Both the position numbers and the translations under genes were made by a program. Of a DNA stretch of 64,000 nucleotides, positions 1 through 14,014 are shown one piece after another. The DNA lies in contig OX597820.1 of assembly GCA_951406725.2 (NCBI GenBank), positions 11,780,001 through 11,844,000 on the forward strand, read 5' to 3'. Positions within the stretch are counted from its first letter, which is position 1. Each line of letters begins with the position of its first letter. The DNA is from Octopus vulgaris (Eukaryota). The notes under the pieces are model-generated. The model was not told the origin of the DNA, made no database searches, and saw only the letters and a program-made list of their open reading frames with translations.

Positions 1-164
1 GAGAATATTTGGGCCTGGTATGGCTGGTTTAAATGATAAAGGGTCAAAGTATCAGTCAAGTACTGGGTACTACCCTCTCTCCCTCAACTGTCCCATTTTG
101 GCTGTTCTGTTGGTTTAAAAGTGGGACAGCTGAGAGAGCAATAGTATTTGCTAGTCACTATACA

Positions 165-384
165 AGCATCGCTCAGTGGTTAGAGCGCCGAGCTTATGAT
201 TGTGAGGTTGTGAGTTCGAATCCTGGACTGGGCTGTATGTTGCGTTCTTGAGCAAGACACTTTATTTCATGTTGCTCCAGTTCACTCAGCTGTAGAAATG
301 AGTTGCGACGTCACAGGTGCCAAGCTGTATCGGACCCTTTGCCTTTCCCTTGGATAACACTGGTGGCATGGAGAGGAGAGGCCG
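165..384 (+). mobile_element. tRNA-derived SINE family B, 5' part (fused to a SINE-A 3' half)
   Basis: A-box-like GCTCAGTGG and B-box GTTCGAATCC; body is the reverse complement of the full copy at 35538-35877. Confidence 0.8.
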
Positions 385-583
385 TCATATATATGTGTGT
401 CTGTGTTTGTACCCCAACATTGCTTGACAACCGATGCTGGTGTGTTTACATCCCCGTCACTTAGCGGTTCAGCAAAAGAGACCAATAGAATAAGTCCTGG
501 GGGGGGGGGGGTCGATTTGCTTGACTAAAGGCACTGCTCCAGCATGGCTGCAGTCAAATGACTGAAATAAGTGAAAGAATAAA
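385..583 (+). mobile_element. SINE-A 3' half
   Basis: Matches the 3' half of 794-1207 (ttgacaaccgatgctggtgtgtttac...gcagtcaaatgactgaaa). Confidence 0.85.
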
Positions 584-793
584 TGATCAGACATCGGAAT
601 ATCGATCAATGTGTCTGAGACAGATTCATTTACTTACTTTTCATGACCGATTCCGAGTCAAGTTATGGGGGATAAAAACCTAAGAATATTCGTAAGGGAT
701 AATATAGTCATTGTTTGAGTAACAACAGCATCAGAAATCATGTCACACACACATTACTATATACTATCTTGAAATAAGGAATTGTAAATATTT

Positions 794-962
794 GGCAGGA
801 GTGGCTGTGTGGTAAGTAGCTTGGTAACCAACCACATGGTTCTGGGTTCAATCCCACTGTGTGGCATCTTGGGCAAGTGTCTTCTGCTATAGCCCCGGGC
901 CGACCAATGCCTTGTGAGTGGATTTGGTAGACGGAAACTGAAAGAAGCCTGTCGTATATATG

Positions 963-999
<37 letters not shown>

Positions 1000-1207
1000 T
1001 TGTGTGTCTGTGTTTGTCCCCCTAGCATTGCTTGACAACCGATGCTGGTGTGTGTTTACGTCCCCGTCACTTAGCGGTTCGGCAAAAGAGACCGATCGAA
1101 TAAGTACTGGGCTTACAAAGAATAAGTCCCGGGGGTCGATTTGCTCGACTAAAGGCGGTGCTCCAGCATGGCCACAGTCAAAATGACTGAAACAAATAAA
1201 AGAGTAA
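794..1207 (+). mobile_element. SINE-A full length (tRNA head, CORE-like CTTGGGCAAGT, central TA/TG microsatellite)
   Basis: TGGCTGTGTGG A-box, GGTTCAATCCC B-box; about 20 related copies in the window. Confidence 0.9.
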
Positions 1208-1544
1208 CTTTCAAACCTGAATTCTACACCGTGAGTAGAAAGTCTGGATCAGTGAAGACGTCAGGGGAGGAGGTGATATCAAGGCTGGGAAAGACGGGGG
1301 GTGGGGGATATTTAATTAATTTTTAGAACTGAAAATTAGATGGTAACTGCAGCAGTTGTTATTGCTGCATTAGCCAGTGCAGTTGCAGTAGCAGAAGCAG
1401 TGGCGGCAGTTGTTGCGTCTCATGACATGCATATGTTTGCTTAATTTGCCATGCATACAGTGGACGCATGCTGCCGTATGCCAGCCAGCCAGCCAGCCTA
1501 TCACCTTTTTTCTTCCACGACTCCACTCCAACTTTTTATTACTA

Positions 1545-1937
1545 CTCGCAGCATCGCCCGGCGTTGCTCGGGTTTGTTTCGACCCTTTAGAATTGGAATT
1601 TTTGAAAAATAAAAATTCTGCATTATGTAGCTTGTTATTCTCTTTAAGTGAACATTTTTCTGGTTGAAAAACACCGAAAAATGGTAACACAGCAGTTAAA
1701 AAAAATCGTAAAAAATAGGGATTTTCATAGAAAAAAAAGCACCTTTTTGATGTAAATAATTTTTGGTCTTAACATGGTCAGATTTGAATTTTTTCTTCTA
1801 CGGAAGGAAGAGCAAGCCTTCTTCTATCATACTCTCAATTTTGGTCAACTTGCGCCGCAGGGTCTCGGAGGAGATAGTGTTAGTTGAAGGCAACCAAACC
1901 TGCCATACACAGACAACTTCAGCTTTATATATAGAGA
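1545..1937 (-). mobile_element. Non-autonomous Helitron, family H2
   Basis: Minus strand begins TCTCTATATATAAAG and ends with hairpin CCCGAGCAACGCCGGG then CGAG (CTAG mutated); closely similar to 22975-23384. Confidence 0.85.
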
Positions 1938-1973
<36 letters not shown>

Positions 1974-2578
1974 GTTACGTTCACTTGTTGTGACATGTAT
2001 GCATGCAAGTGTATGCATATGCATGATAGCTCATAAGGCGATCTGAGTGCATGCATGCGTGCATGCAGAATCATGTGCTGCTGTCTCTCTTAATCTATCT
2101 TTCTCTCCCTGCTGCCGCCGCCACCCCCTTTACCATTTTTCTGCAATGTCTGTACACACGGCTTGACTAGATTCTTACACATGCATGAGGCTTAACTGTG
2201 ACTTTTCATGTATAAGAGTGTAGTAAAACTGTGTGTATGCGCGTATGTTGTTGTGCATCTGTGTGTGAATGCGGGTGTGGGTTTTTTTGTGTGAGTATGT
2301 GTATATATACATGTGTGTGCGTGTGTGTATGTACTTATTTACCTGCATACATGCTTATGTTTGCATCAGATTGCATGCATGAACATGCATCAGTTGCTGT
2401 AGATGCGCAGGTGTGTTTCATGTTGTGTCCATGCGTGCATATTGATTTGTGTGTATACATGTGTTAACGAGTAGATTTCTGTGTATATGTTTGTGTACAA
2501 GATTGAGTATGTATACATCAATTTGTATGCAATATTCTCAGTGTGTGTATGTGTATGTGTGCATACATGTGGAATGTG

Positions 2579-2623
<45 letters not shown>

Positions 2624-2867
2624 GTGTTTTTAAAACAGTGTGCTTATATTTTTTCAAATAAAATTAAATTAACCAGGTGTAAACACTATATACCATGTGT
2701 GTGTGTGTATGTAGGTGATGCTGTTTAGTCCCAGGACCATTCTCTTCACAGAGTCCTATAATCAAAATTAGTCCAGCTATGACCATCCTGTCTCAAAATT
2801 CAGGCAGTGTGTTTATAGGAACACATTATCCCGTGAATTCTTTATTCTGTTTTTCACAGGTGATAGT

Positions 2868-2978
2868 GCATAATTTGAGGGAGATTTACTTACTATTTCT
2901 AGCAAACCAAGTAACCACATAGAGCATAATTTGAGGCAGATTTACTTACTATTTCTAGCAAACCAAATAACCACATAG
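2868..2978 (+). repeat. 56-bp tandem duplication inside a degenerate dispersed repeat (ctatttctagca family)
   Basis: gcataatttgagg...aaccacatag occurs twice; the ctatttctagca motif recurs near 23467 and, reversed, near 58220. Confidence 0.75.
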
Positions 2979-3979
2979 TCTCCCCTCTTTAGCTTATGTA
3001 AATATGCATGTTTACTATGAGTAACTACGTGTGCATATTATGTCAAACTGTTGATATAAGAGGCAGCAATGTTTATAGTATATCTTTGTGCATGCCTGCA
3101 CACCTCAAGTTGAGCATGTGGAAGATTGAAATTTTGTGTATTTGTGTGAATACAGACAGATGTGTAAAGTATGTGCTTGTGAGTGTGTGAGGGAATGCAT
3201 ACCCGTGGGTGTGTAAGTGTGTGTAAGAGAGAAAGAGGGAGTATGTTAGTGGACTGCTCTATTGGCTCAGTATAATAAGTATCGATTCAGAGGTCAGGGT
3301 CAAGGTAGCCTTGGCAGCCTCCATTTAAATAATGTATGCAAACAGTACACTTTGGATGCAGATGCAGACAGCGATGAAGCATGAGGTGATAGTGGCGGTG
3401 GTGACGGCGATGATGCTGGTAGACATAGCGGTGGCGATGGTCTCGTGGTGATGGTGGTGGTGTTCCTAGTGACATTAGGAATAGTGGTGATGATGATGAT
3501 GATGGCTGAGGTATTCATAGACAGGAGTTTTTGTTCTGCTGGAGGAGGAGGAGGGAAAGGAAGGGTGGGCACAGTCTGTTGAATATTATAGATGCAAAAC
3601 ATTGCCAACATTCTAAAACTCATATGGAGCAGACAGCAGACGCACTGGTTCAAAGGAATAAATGCATGTTTACTATCCGACAGACACACATGCACCCAGC
3701 TACATGTTCCTTTGTACATAGATATAATATACTATAAAAGTGTGTGCACAAATGCATATACAAATTCTTTCATGTGTGTGCATATGTATACACACACACA
3801 CAAATACACACATATCTAGATTGTTTCATTTATATAGTATATTTACACACACACACATATATATATACATACATTTCTCTGCATACTCTCATGTATGTAA
3901 ATATTTTCGTATACATACAAGCACACATTTAAAAATACAAACAAGTACAAAAGAATCATGTATGCATACTTTTTTCTTT

Positions 3980-4486
3980 TACATATACGAATATATATTT
4001 ATATATATGGGGTGTGTAAGTATGTAGATATATATATATATGTGTGTGTGTATATATATGTATATATATATATATATCATTATCATCATCATGATATATA
4101 TGCATATGTATATATATGTATATGTTTGTGTGAGTATATATATATAAGTATATCTATATGTATATGTGTATATACATCTATATCTATATGTGTACATATA
4201 TATATCTATATGTGTGTGTATATATAGATATATATATATGTGTGTATATATAGATATATATATATGTATGTGTATATATATATCTATATATGTATATAGA
4301 TATATATATATGTATGTGTATATATATATCTATATATGTATATAGATATATATATATATATATATATATCTATATATGTATATAGATATATATATATATA
4401 TATCTATATATATGTATGTATATATATGTGTATATATATGTTTATGTATGCGTATATATATATATATATATGTGTATATATATGTT

Positions 4487-4539
<53 letters not shown>

Positions 4540-4572
4540 ATGTATGTGTATATAAATATATGTGTGTGTGTG
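3980..4572. repeat. Compound (TA)/(TG)/(TAGA) microsatellite
   Basis: Directly visible. Confidence 0.95.
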
Positions 4573-5318
4573 CACAGTTTCATTGATTGCAGCAGAAGAT
4601 ATAGAATAGTCCAGACAGTCCTGTCTCTTCACTCTCCCACCACAGTATATCCGTGTGTGTGTGTGTGTGTCTTTTATTCTCATTGTGTTTATCTCTTTCT
4701 CTCCTTTCTCTCTCTCTCTCTCTTTTTGTCTTTCTGATTGACTCAATGGCGAGTTGCTGAATTGCAGCCAGTGTGCGCAGAAGAAACTAAGCTTATTTAT
4801 TGATCACACGAGAGCGTGTGCTTGTATGTGTGTGTGTGTGTGTGTGGCCATTTTAAAGTCACATGTTGTCTAAGAACACACACACACACGCAAGCATGCT
4901 TATATACAAATATATTTACTTGTTTTACTCACTCAAAACACATAGAGCAGAGATACACACACACACACACACACACACACGCCTACAAGTCTACACATTT
5001 GTATGGAGGGGAAAAAAATGTTAAAACAAAGAGAACATGCTCTCTTTCTTTCTCGTTTTCACACACACAGAAAGGCATGTATTTACACCTATAATCCTAA
5101 GAATTTATTTCTAGTACACACAGACAAGATGTAAATTGATCTCAAAATATATCTGGAAGTACATCTCCAAATATATCTGGAAAAGGCTGTAGCATTTTTA
5201 GAAGCCCTACATTCTAAATATTATCAAAAGTACATCAGAAAGACTTGGCTTTTGTCTTTCGAGCCAAGAAATATTTTAGCCTTTAGCAGTTTCTCACCTT
5301 TTACCAGGCCTACATATT

Positions 5319-5624
5319 TTGTTGTTCGTTCCTTCTCGAGCCACGCCTGGCTCATAGGGCCGGTTTCCCGGTTTCCTTGGCTTATAGGTTCCCCACCTAG
5401 ACGGGACGCCGGCCTGTCGCAGGTGAGCTGCAAGATGCAGGAGGAAAGAGTGAGAGAAAGTTGTGGCGAAAGAGTCAGCAGAAGTTCGCCATTACCTTCT
5501 GCCAGAGCCGCGTGGAACTTAGTTGTTTCACTCATAACCACACACATCACCCGGTTGGAGATTCAAACCCGCGATCCCTCGACCGCGAGTCCGCTGCTCT
5601 AACCGCTAGGCCATGTGCCTCCAC
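5319..5624 (-). mobile_element. tRNA-derived SINE family E (tail type 2) with 13-bp TSD
   Basis: TSD aggcctacatatt at 5306-5318 and 5625-5637; head homologous to 15246; short (AAC)n tail. Confidence 0.9.
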
Positions 5625-5679
5625 AGGCCTACATATTGCTCATCTACTATGAAGAATGGCCCATCTGTCCCGAGATAAT

Positions 5680-5990
5680 TACTTCATACCTAAGGAGTGG
5701 AGGCCAGCTGGGTTGTCTTTTCTGTTTATTTCCAGTTGAATCCATATTTTTTCCTCTGTACCTCAGTATCCCACCTCTAGCTATTTTCAGAGTATCTTTT
5801 CCTCTGCCTCCCTCGTGAGTTCCAGACTGTTTCGTTGAGAGAACACCTCTCAACAGATCTTGTCGGTTTTGAATTGTCAACAATGCTTCTGTAACCTTGT
5901 TTGTATACTAGGTGGGTGTGTCGACCCGATGCAAACCCATTTTTGCCTCTGGGAATATATGGTTCATAGTAGTCTAGTTTCTGTTCATTG
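5680..5990 (-). pseudogene. Possible highly decayed RTE-clade LINE ORF C-terminal fragment
   Basis: Manual minus-strand translation gives QRQKWVCIG and RGRQRKRY..RWDTEVQRKKYGFNWK, resembling RTE C-termini, with stops and frameshifts. Confidence 0.35.
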
Positions 5991-5992
5991 AT

Positions 5993-6222
5993 ACAGTGGT
6001 TGTCTATTTTAAAATTAATCCTCTTTTACTAAGATGACCTCCACTCCTAACCATTCAGTGCTTAAAAAATCCTATTTTATTTTTATAATTAAATATTAAG
6101 AATTGAATTAAAAAATTGTTATTATGTATTGTAGAAGTATAACGAATTTATTGCTGATAAATTTTAACAACAAAATCTTTTGAGCCCCCAAGGGTCATAT
6201 GAACCCCTATTTAGAGCCACTA
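5993..6222. mobile_element. Possible hAT-like MITE remnant
   Basis: Ends cagtggtt... and ...agccacta form an imperfect TIR. Confidence 0.3.
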
Positions 6223-6854
6223 CTTTGACCTATTCAGCATGGGAGGTCATATAAGGAGCTTGCACTCCACTAGCATAGCTCTTCGGGTCAGTGAGGTACA
6301 CATGCCACAATACCACAGTAAGGATTGGATCTTGTGGCAGACTTGAGATAATACACCCTACTAATGGTTGTCATTCTCAGCCATATCCAGAGAAATAACA
6401 TCTACTCTCTCTTCTCAGCTAAGATCCTTCAGTATTTTTTCATTCCCAAAAGAGACCCCTTGTTTTTCTGGGCAATGCTTGGCCCAATAATCATAGGTTT
6501 TTGTCCTTGTCAACGTTACTGACACTCTGCTGGGAGACACACTGTGGCATAATTAAGCAGCTGTAAAATTTGAGTTAGAAAGCCTCATTGCATGTTGTGA
6601 ATATGATGTTCTCCTTTTGAAGTTTCTCTGACTGGATCCCGGACATGAAAAAGTTTCCCACATTCATTGCACTCAACAAGAGTCTATTGAGCTTTTATAC
6701 ATAGTCTTCATGAGAATATTAACACATTAATGACAAAATGTAAGGATAAATTTTGTATATGTGTGTGTGTGTGTATACACAGAGTGAGGAATGTGTATGT
6801 ATATGAAATCTTACTTATATGTGTACGAATATGAATATATATTGTCCCGTTTTG

Positions 6855-6911
<57 letters not shown>

Positions 6912-6938
6912 GTGGTGTACGTACACTTTGTTCTCTTA

Positions 6939-7000
<62 letters not shown>

Positions 7001-7010
7001 AATATATATA

Positions 7011-7416
7011 CTCTTTTACTTGTTTCAGTCATTTGACTGCGGCCATGCTGGAACACTGCCTTTAGTCGAGCAACTCGACCCCGGGACTTATTCTTTTTGT
7101 AAGCCCAGTACTTATTCTATCGGTGTCTTTTTGCCAAACCGCTAAGTGACGGGGACGTAAACACACCAGCATCGGTTGTCAAGCAATGCTAGGGGAACAA
7201 ACACAGACACACAACCCCCCCCCCACACACACACACATATATATATACATATATACGACAGGCTTCTTTCAGTTTCCGTCTACCAAATCCACTCACAAGG
7301 CATTGGTCGGCCCGGGGCTATAGCAGAAGACACTTGCCCAAGATGCCACGCAGTGGGACTGAACCCGGAACCATGTGGTTGGTTAGCAAGCTACTTACCA
7401 CACAGCCACTCCTGCG

Positions 7417-7418
<2 letters not shown>
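7011..7418 (-). mobile_element. SINE-A full length, embedded in (TA)n
   Basis: Reverse complement of 794-1207. Confidence 0.92.
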
Positions 7419-7479
<61 letters not shown>

Positions 7480-8158
7480 ACCCACGACATCTTTTAATAA
7501 GAAACCAACCCATCTGTTTTAGTGGTTCAACAGCTACTTGCAGACACTTGAAAACACGAGAAGACTATTATTACACCATACTAAAATAATCTCATCAGTG
7601 TCTGACCTAGAGAAACACAATCACACACAATCACACACTCATTCAAATAACTACATAATTAACTTTTTATTTACCCAGGCCTCGGCTACACATTCTCTCT
7701 CATGTACCATACACATTCAGTTTTTCCTAGGTTTTTATAACAATCTCAATTAAAACCTTCGAGTATAACGCCATTCATTGACCCTAGAATAATCTAGATT
7801 TAAATATGCCATATATCATCATCATCACCATCATCATCACTGTTGTCATTATTGTTCTTTTAACTGTTGCTTTTTCCATGCTTGCATGGGGTCAGAAGGA
7901 CTGTGTTGAAGCAGATTATCTTGTGTTGGGTGCCCTTCATGCTGGCCACCCTTACTTTGTTTGTAAACAAGGCAAATTTTCTCCCACGTCCAGACAATTC
8001 TCCACAAGAAACTTGGAAATGCATGATACCGCTTATACAACGGTGATGCTCCTTTACAAACGTCGACAATGAAACAAGGGGACGCCAACACATGCACACT
8101 TCGATGTCTATGTATGTATAATATATTATTTCTTTACTGCCCATGGTGGGGTGGGGTG

Positions 8159-8430
8159 GGGTTAAACATAGAGGGGACAAACAAAGACAGACGAAATACC
8201 AATTTCTTTACTACCCACAAGGGGCTAAACACAGAGAGGACAAACAAGGACAGACAAACGGATTAAGTCGATTATATCGACCCCAGTGTGCAACTGGTAC
8301 TTAATTTATCGACCCAAAGGATGAAAGGCAAAGTCGACTTCGTCAGAATTTGAACTCAGAACGTAAAGACAGATGAAATACGGCATCGCATTTCACTCAG
8401 CATGCTAACAATTCTGCCAGCTTGCCACCC
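8159..8430 (-). mobile_element. SINE-C (one unit plus an internally deleted second unit)
   Basis: Reverse complement of the head gctggcagaattgttagc and of the body seen at 19994-20586. Confidence 0.85.
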
Positions 8431-8445
8431 TCATATACATATATT

Positions 8446-8480
<35 letters not shown>

Positions 8481-9063
8481 GAAAGAGAGAAAGAGAAAGA
8501 TACATTATATGTATATATACATACAGAGACATATATCTATGTGTGTATAAGGTTTTGCATGTTTGTGTCTCCTTCTCTAGATCTTGCCTGATTGCTGTAA
8601 ATGAGTGTCACTGTCATACAAGCAGTGGTGTTCCTTTCCAATGGTCTGCAAAAAAATGTCTGGTCACGGGGAAATATATAACCTTGCTTGTAAAAATAGG
8701 TGGGGCTTTGCGACAAGAGGGACATCTGGCTGTAGCAAATTTGCTTCAGACTCCATCCAACCCATCCAAGCATGGAAATAAGTGGACGTTAAAACGACGA
8801 CGATGATGATGATGATGGTGGCATAATTAGAACAAGCTTCGCAGCATGCTTTCAACTGTTGCCTGGCTGATGATGGAAACGGAAATGCTTGCACTGTTAT
8901 AAACATATTGGAAACAGAGCTGTGATTGTTCTCATCATTTATCATTTAGAAATTCAAAAAAAGAAATGAATTCCGAACCTTCACCCCATCACAGCAGAAA
9001 TTTCTATATTTGTCACATTGCCTCCACCATAATATCTTTTGCACCAGTATGACAGGAAAGCCT

Positions 9064-9820
9064 TATATATATATATATATACACATATATATATACACAT
9101 ATACATACACATATATACATATACAGATATATACATACATACACATATATATATATATACATATACAGATATATATATACACACATACATACATACATAC
9201 ACACATACACATACATATACATATATATACATACATATACATATATATACATACATATACATATATATACATACATATACATATATATACATACATATAC
9301 ATATATATACATACATATACATACATATACATACATATACATACATATACATACATATACATATATATACATACATATACATATATATACATACATATAC
9401 ATATATATATATACATATACATATATACATACATACATATATATATATACATACATATATACATACATACATATATATATATACATACATATACATATAT
9501 ATATATACATATACATATATACATACATACATATACATATATACATATACATATATACATACATACATACACATACATATATATACATATACATATATAT
9601 ACATACATATTCATATATATATACATACATATACATATATATATATACATATATACATACATATACATATATATATATACATATATACATACATATACAT
9701 ATATATATACATACATATACATATATATATATACATATATACATATATATATATACATATATACATACATACATACATATATACATACATATATATATAT
9801 ATACATACACACATACACAC
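9064..9820. repeat. Long compound (TACA)/(TA) microsatellite
   Basis: Directly visible; source of the 200-345 aa Y/I/H/T ORFs. Confidence 0.97.
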
Positions 9821-10105
9821 TTCATGTCCTGGTTCCACTAACAGACAGTCTTCATGTCTCTTTATCCATTTGGAATGTCACAAATGTGATACATGCCTTA
9901 CACGTGGTCCACCCAGCCACATCAGCTTGGAATGTGTCACACACACACACACACACACGCATGTATCATAGGTATACCCCAGACTTCAGAGATTACGGAT
10001 CTGCCCCCCCCCCCCCGCCCCCGAGCTGTTCTAAATGCAGTTTGTAGGAGCATCATATGTTATAACAGAAAACTCACGCTGACACACAAATAATAGCCTC
10101 CATTA

Positions 10106-10330
10106 CATCATCATCATCATCGTCATCATCATCATTGTTTAACGTCCCTTTTTCGATGCTGGCATGGGTTGGACGGTTTGACTGGTGGGGCTGGAAAGCC
10201 AGGAGACTGCACCAGGCTCCAATCTGATCTGGCAGAGTTTCTACAGCTGGATGCCTTTCCTAACGCCAACCACTCCGAGAGTGTAGTGGGTGCTTTTTAT
10301 GTGCCACCCGCACGGGAGCCAGTCAGGTGC
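10106..10330 (-). mobile_element. Retroelement family D, 3' fragment with (GAT)n tail
   Basis: Shares ggcatccagctgtagaaac and ggacgttaaac(gat)n with copies at 27419, 32950, 54480, 56480, 58472, 60735. Confidence 0.8.
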
Positions 10331-10424
10331 CACTTTAACAGAGTGTTGCTAGTATTGTAGCATATTGATAATCTTTCTATTTTATTCATTTGTTTGTGTA
10401 GGAATTTATATATATATCTATTAA

Positions 10425-10619
10425 TTGTTTCTGTCATTAGACTGTGACCATGCTGGAGCACTGCTTTGGAGAGTTTTAGTTGAACAGAATTGATCCTAGT
10501 ACTTATTTTCTTTTTTAAGGCTGATACTTATTCTATCAGTCTCTTTTGATGAGCTGCTAAGTTACAGTGACATAAGCGCACCAGTTGTCAAGCAATGGTG
10601 GGGGGACAAACACAGACAG

Positions 10620-10650
<31 letters not shown>

Positions 10651-10793
10651 AGATGGGCTTCTTTCAGTTTCCCTCTACCAAATCCACCCACCAGAGTTTG
10701 GTTAGCCTATGACTATAGTAGAAGGCATTTGACCAAGGTGCCACGCAGTGGGACTGAACCCAGATCTTCTTACCACACAACCATACCTGCACC
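10425..10793 (-). mobile_element. SINE-A, diverged
   Basis: Similarity to other SINE-A copies along its length. Confidence 0.8.
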
Positions 10794-11489
10794 TATATGT
10801 GTTATTACCTCTGTCTTAGCGAAGGTAGAGGTATTGTTTTCAGTTGTGTTTGTTTGTGTGTTTGGATTGGATGAAACTTTCAGGGGATGTTTGGGTCTCA
10901 TGACTGGCATGAACTGATTAGATTCTGGGATCGATCCGGTACCAGACAAGGTTTCTGGATTCTGGATAATTTGTTATGTTTACTTAACATGAAGTATTAT
11001 ATTACTTTCATTTTCAATTTTAAACAACTCAAATACCTTTTAAAAACTGTTCTAATCCATCACTAGTTGTTATTACAAATGATACAAGGACGGATGTAAC
11101 GCTGCATGAACTCAACAACATAGAAATGTAATTTTGATCATGGAGTGTCAACGTCTTGTTTAGTCATTTCGTTCGGTAAAAATTCTACGGCAATCGAAAA
11201 TGGATTGCTGTTGCATGTGTAACAGGATCGACAAAATACAGGCAATGATTAACTGTCAGGTGCAGAAAAACCAATTTAATTTGCTGGTATTGTATGGCGC
11301 CTAGAGAATAACTTACAACAAGTTTCTGGTAAAACAATGTTACACATTTCCTATCATCCACTGCAACCAGGAAACACCTTTTACAAACAATTTCAGGCCC
11401 TCATTTTCTCCTTTATTAACCATTTGCCTGTCCTGTCTTTGCCATTTAATTCTCAAAACGTATATTCCCTAGCGTCTGTGCATCATTCT

Positions 11490-11918
11490 TTTCTTTTTAT
11501 TCTTTTATTTGTTTCAGTCATTTGACTGTGGCCATGCTGGAGCACCGCCTTTAGTCGAGCAAATCGACCCCAGGACTTATTCTTTGTAAGCCTAGTACTT
11601 TATTCTATCGTTGTCTTTTGCCGAACCGCTAAGTTACGGGGACGTAAACACACCAGCATCGGTTGTCAAGCGATGTTGGGGACACACACACACACACACA
11701 TATCATCATCATCATCATCATCATCGTTTAACGTCCGTTCTATATATATATATACGACGAGCTTCTTTCAGTTTCCGTCTACCAAATCCACTTACAAGGC
11801 TTTGGTCGGCCCGAGGCTATAGTAGAAGACACTTGCCCAAGGTGCCATGCAGTGGGACTGAACCCGGAACCATGTGGTTCGTAAGCAAGCTACTTACCAC
11901 ACAGCCACTCCTACACCT
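11490..11918 (-). mobile_element. SINE-A with a family-D tail fragment (11702-11740) in its central microsatellite
   Basis: Near-consensus SINE-A; (cat)n-cgtttaacgtccg insert. Confidence 0.9.
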
Positions 11919-12502
11919 CATATGTAATACTCGTTATCAATTTTTTTTTCAACCATTAGAGTAACTTGGAACTTAGAAAAGAAATTCTTTATATTACTCA
12001 GAACATACGAAACGGGCTAACAAAGGTCTGAAAACAAGTATGGGTGTTGAGGGCAAATTTTTGAAAACACTTTGGTCAGGCAAAGGGTTAAGCATTCGAT
12101 ATACCCAGGTTGTTAATCGCCCTGCCTTACGTTATTCACAGAAAGGAATCGAAAGGCGTAGATTTGGTTGTTTCAATGATAAAGTTTTAGAATTAGGCAT
12201 GGCTGTGTGGTTAAGAAGCTCGCTTTGCAACCATCTGGTTGAAGGAGCAGACAAGGTGGACCCTCACCACATTCCGTTTCTCGGGGGGGGGGGGGATTAA
12301 AATTTTGAAATGCCAGTTTGTTTTTTTTTACAGATTCGGAATCACCATAGCCGAAAACGTGGGTTTCTGTCTGAAAAAAAAAAAAAAAAAAAGTTGAAGC
12401 AGGTATGGTGACGGTCCGCCTCGCCTGCCATTTCAGGTTCACTCCCACTGCGAAGGCTCTTGGGCAATGTCTTTGGCACTACTTAAATACAGAGGTACCA
12501 TA

Positions 12503-12906
12503 GGCGCAGGCGTGGCTGTGTGGTAAGTAGCTAGCTAACCAACCACATGGTTCCGGGTTCAGTCCCACTGCGTGGCATCTTGGGCAAGTGTCTTCTGCTA
12601 TAGCCCCGGGCCGACCAATGCCTTGTGAGTGAATTTGGTAGACGGAAACTGAAAGAAGCCCGTCGTATATATGTATATATATATATATGCGTGTGTGCAT
12701 GTGTGTCGGTGTTTGTCCCCCTAGCAGTGCTTGACAACCGATGCTGGTGTGTTTACGTCCCCGTCACTTAGCGGTTCGGCACAAGAGAGCGATAGAATAA
12801 GTACTGGGCTTACAAAGAATAAGTCCCGGGGTCGAGTTGCTCGACTAAAAGGCGGTGCTCCAGCATGGCCGCAGTCAATTGACTGAAACAAGTAAAAAAA
12901 AAAAAA
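12503..12906 (+). mobile_element. SINE-A full length
   Basis: Near-identical to 794-1207; A-rich tail. Confidence 0.92.
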
Positions 12907-13140
12907 ATTTTTAAATATGAGAGGTCCCGATGCGTCTATGTAACGATACAAAGGGAAGGTAATCTAGTTGTACCAAAACTATCGTTAATGATGTAGGGGT
13001 CCCACAACATCGTCGTATTTACTCCTATCTCCCCCCCCCACGATATTGTCTGTTTTTAATCTTATGTTTCTACAGTGCCCACTCTTTAGAGTTTGGGTTA
13101 GTTTTTAGGGTTAGAGTTAGGGTTACTTAGGTAGTGTGCA

Positions 13141-13385
13141 TTCATATACAATATACTTAATATTCGCTATATCTGTGAAAATAGACCCTGTGGATAAACT
13201 ACAAGATGAGAATGAACTCGTATTTTCTTGGTTTGTCTTATCTTCATTCGTTCACCCAGTTTAAATTGTCAAGAAATATGCCTGGCAACTATTTGAGGTC
13301 ATTTTATTAGAGGCTGAGGGAAAAATATGGCTAATTCTGTTGCTTAAGCGTTGACACAAAAAATACCGCTGAGGCTTGTGTCAGC
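13141..13385 (+). repeat. Direct repeat copy 1 (about 245 bp)
   Basis: Roughly 90% identical by eye to 14015-14259. Confidence 0.9.
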
Positions 13386-13589
13386 AATAAGCGTCATTAC
13401 ACGTCCATTAAAATGTTTTGTACGTAACATTTCATGACTTTTGACAAAAATCTACCAACTTCGGATCGTTTGCAATAGTTGTAATATGAAATATATCGAT
13501 TTCGATTTACACAAGGGCCGCTTAAGTGAATTCGCAGTAGTTTCGGTAAAACTAGATTACCTCCCCTTTATATCGTTATGTATATGCGT

Positions 13590-13850
13590 CAGTGCCGTAT
13601 CTTCTATCTACTATAGCCCTAGGCCGATTAATGCCACGTGAGCAGACGGAAACTGTGTGGAACCCCGTTGTCTGGCAACCGATGTCGGTGTTTGTTTACG
13701 TCTCGTAAATTAGCGGTACAACAAAAGAAGCCGAGAGAATAAGTATTATGCTTAAAAAAAAAAGGGTATTGTGGTCTATTTATTCGACTACACAGTTTAA
13801 GGCGGCAGCCCCAGGAGGGCTGCAATCCAGTGATTGAAACAAGTAAAGAT
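13590..13850 (+). mobile_element. SINE-A, old diverged copy
   Basis: tcttct..ctatagcc, agacggaaactg, tgtttacgtc, tgaaacaagtaaa landmarks. Confidence 0.7.
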
Positions 13851-14014
13851 AGACCAATCGTCTCAACCTCAAAAACGCCACACAGGGTGGTTTATACTAT
13901 TCTGCTGCGTCGAGACCCGGAAATTATATTTTTGACGGAAAAATACTTTCACTTTCATGGAGTTCTGAAAACCGAAGTGTCATGATTTCACTACCAGTTA
14001 TATATAAATGTACG

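Noticed and set aside
1420-2440. Dense TGCATG (RBFOX-like) motifs
   Set aside because: Explained by CpG decay of (TG/CG)n repeats, present on both strands, and no adjacent exon identified
7176-7589. Recurring peptides such as YDRLLSVSVYQIHSQG and RASFSFRLPNPLTR
   Set aside because: Translations of SINE-A copies, not a gene family
8981-10047. Long ORFs of 200-345 aa on both strands
   Set aside because: Translations of TA/TACA microsatellite, which lacks stop codons
13085-13130. TTAGGG-like repeats (also 22560, 27115, 30840)
   Set aside because: Only 2-4 imperfect units, internal to small elements; not a telomere
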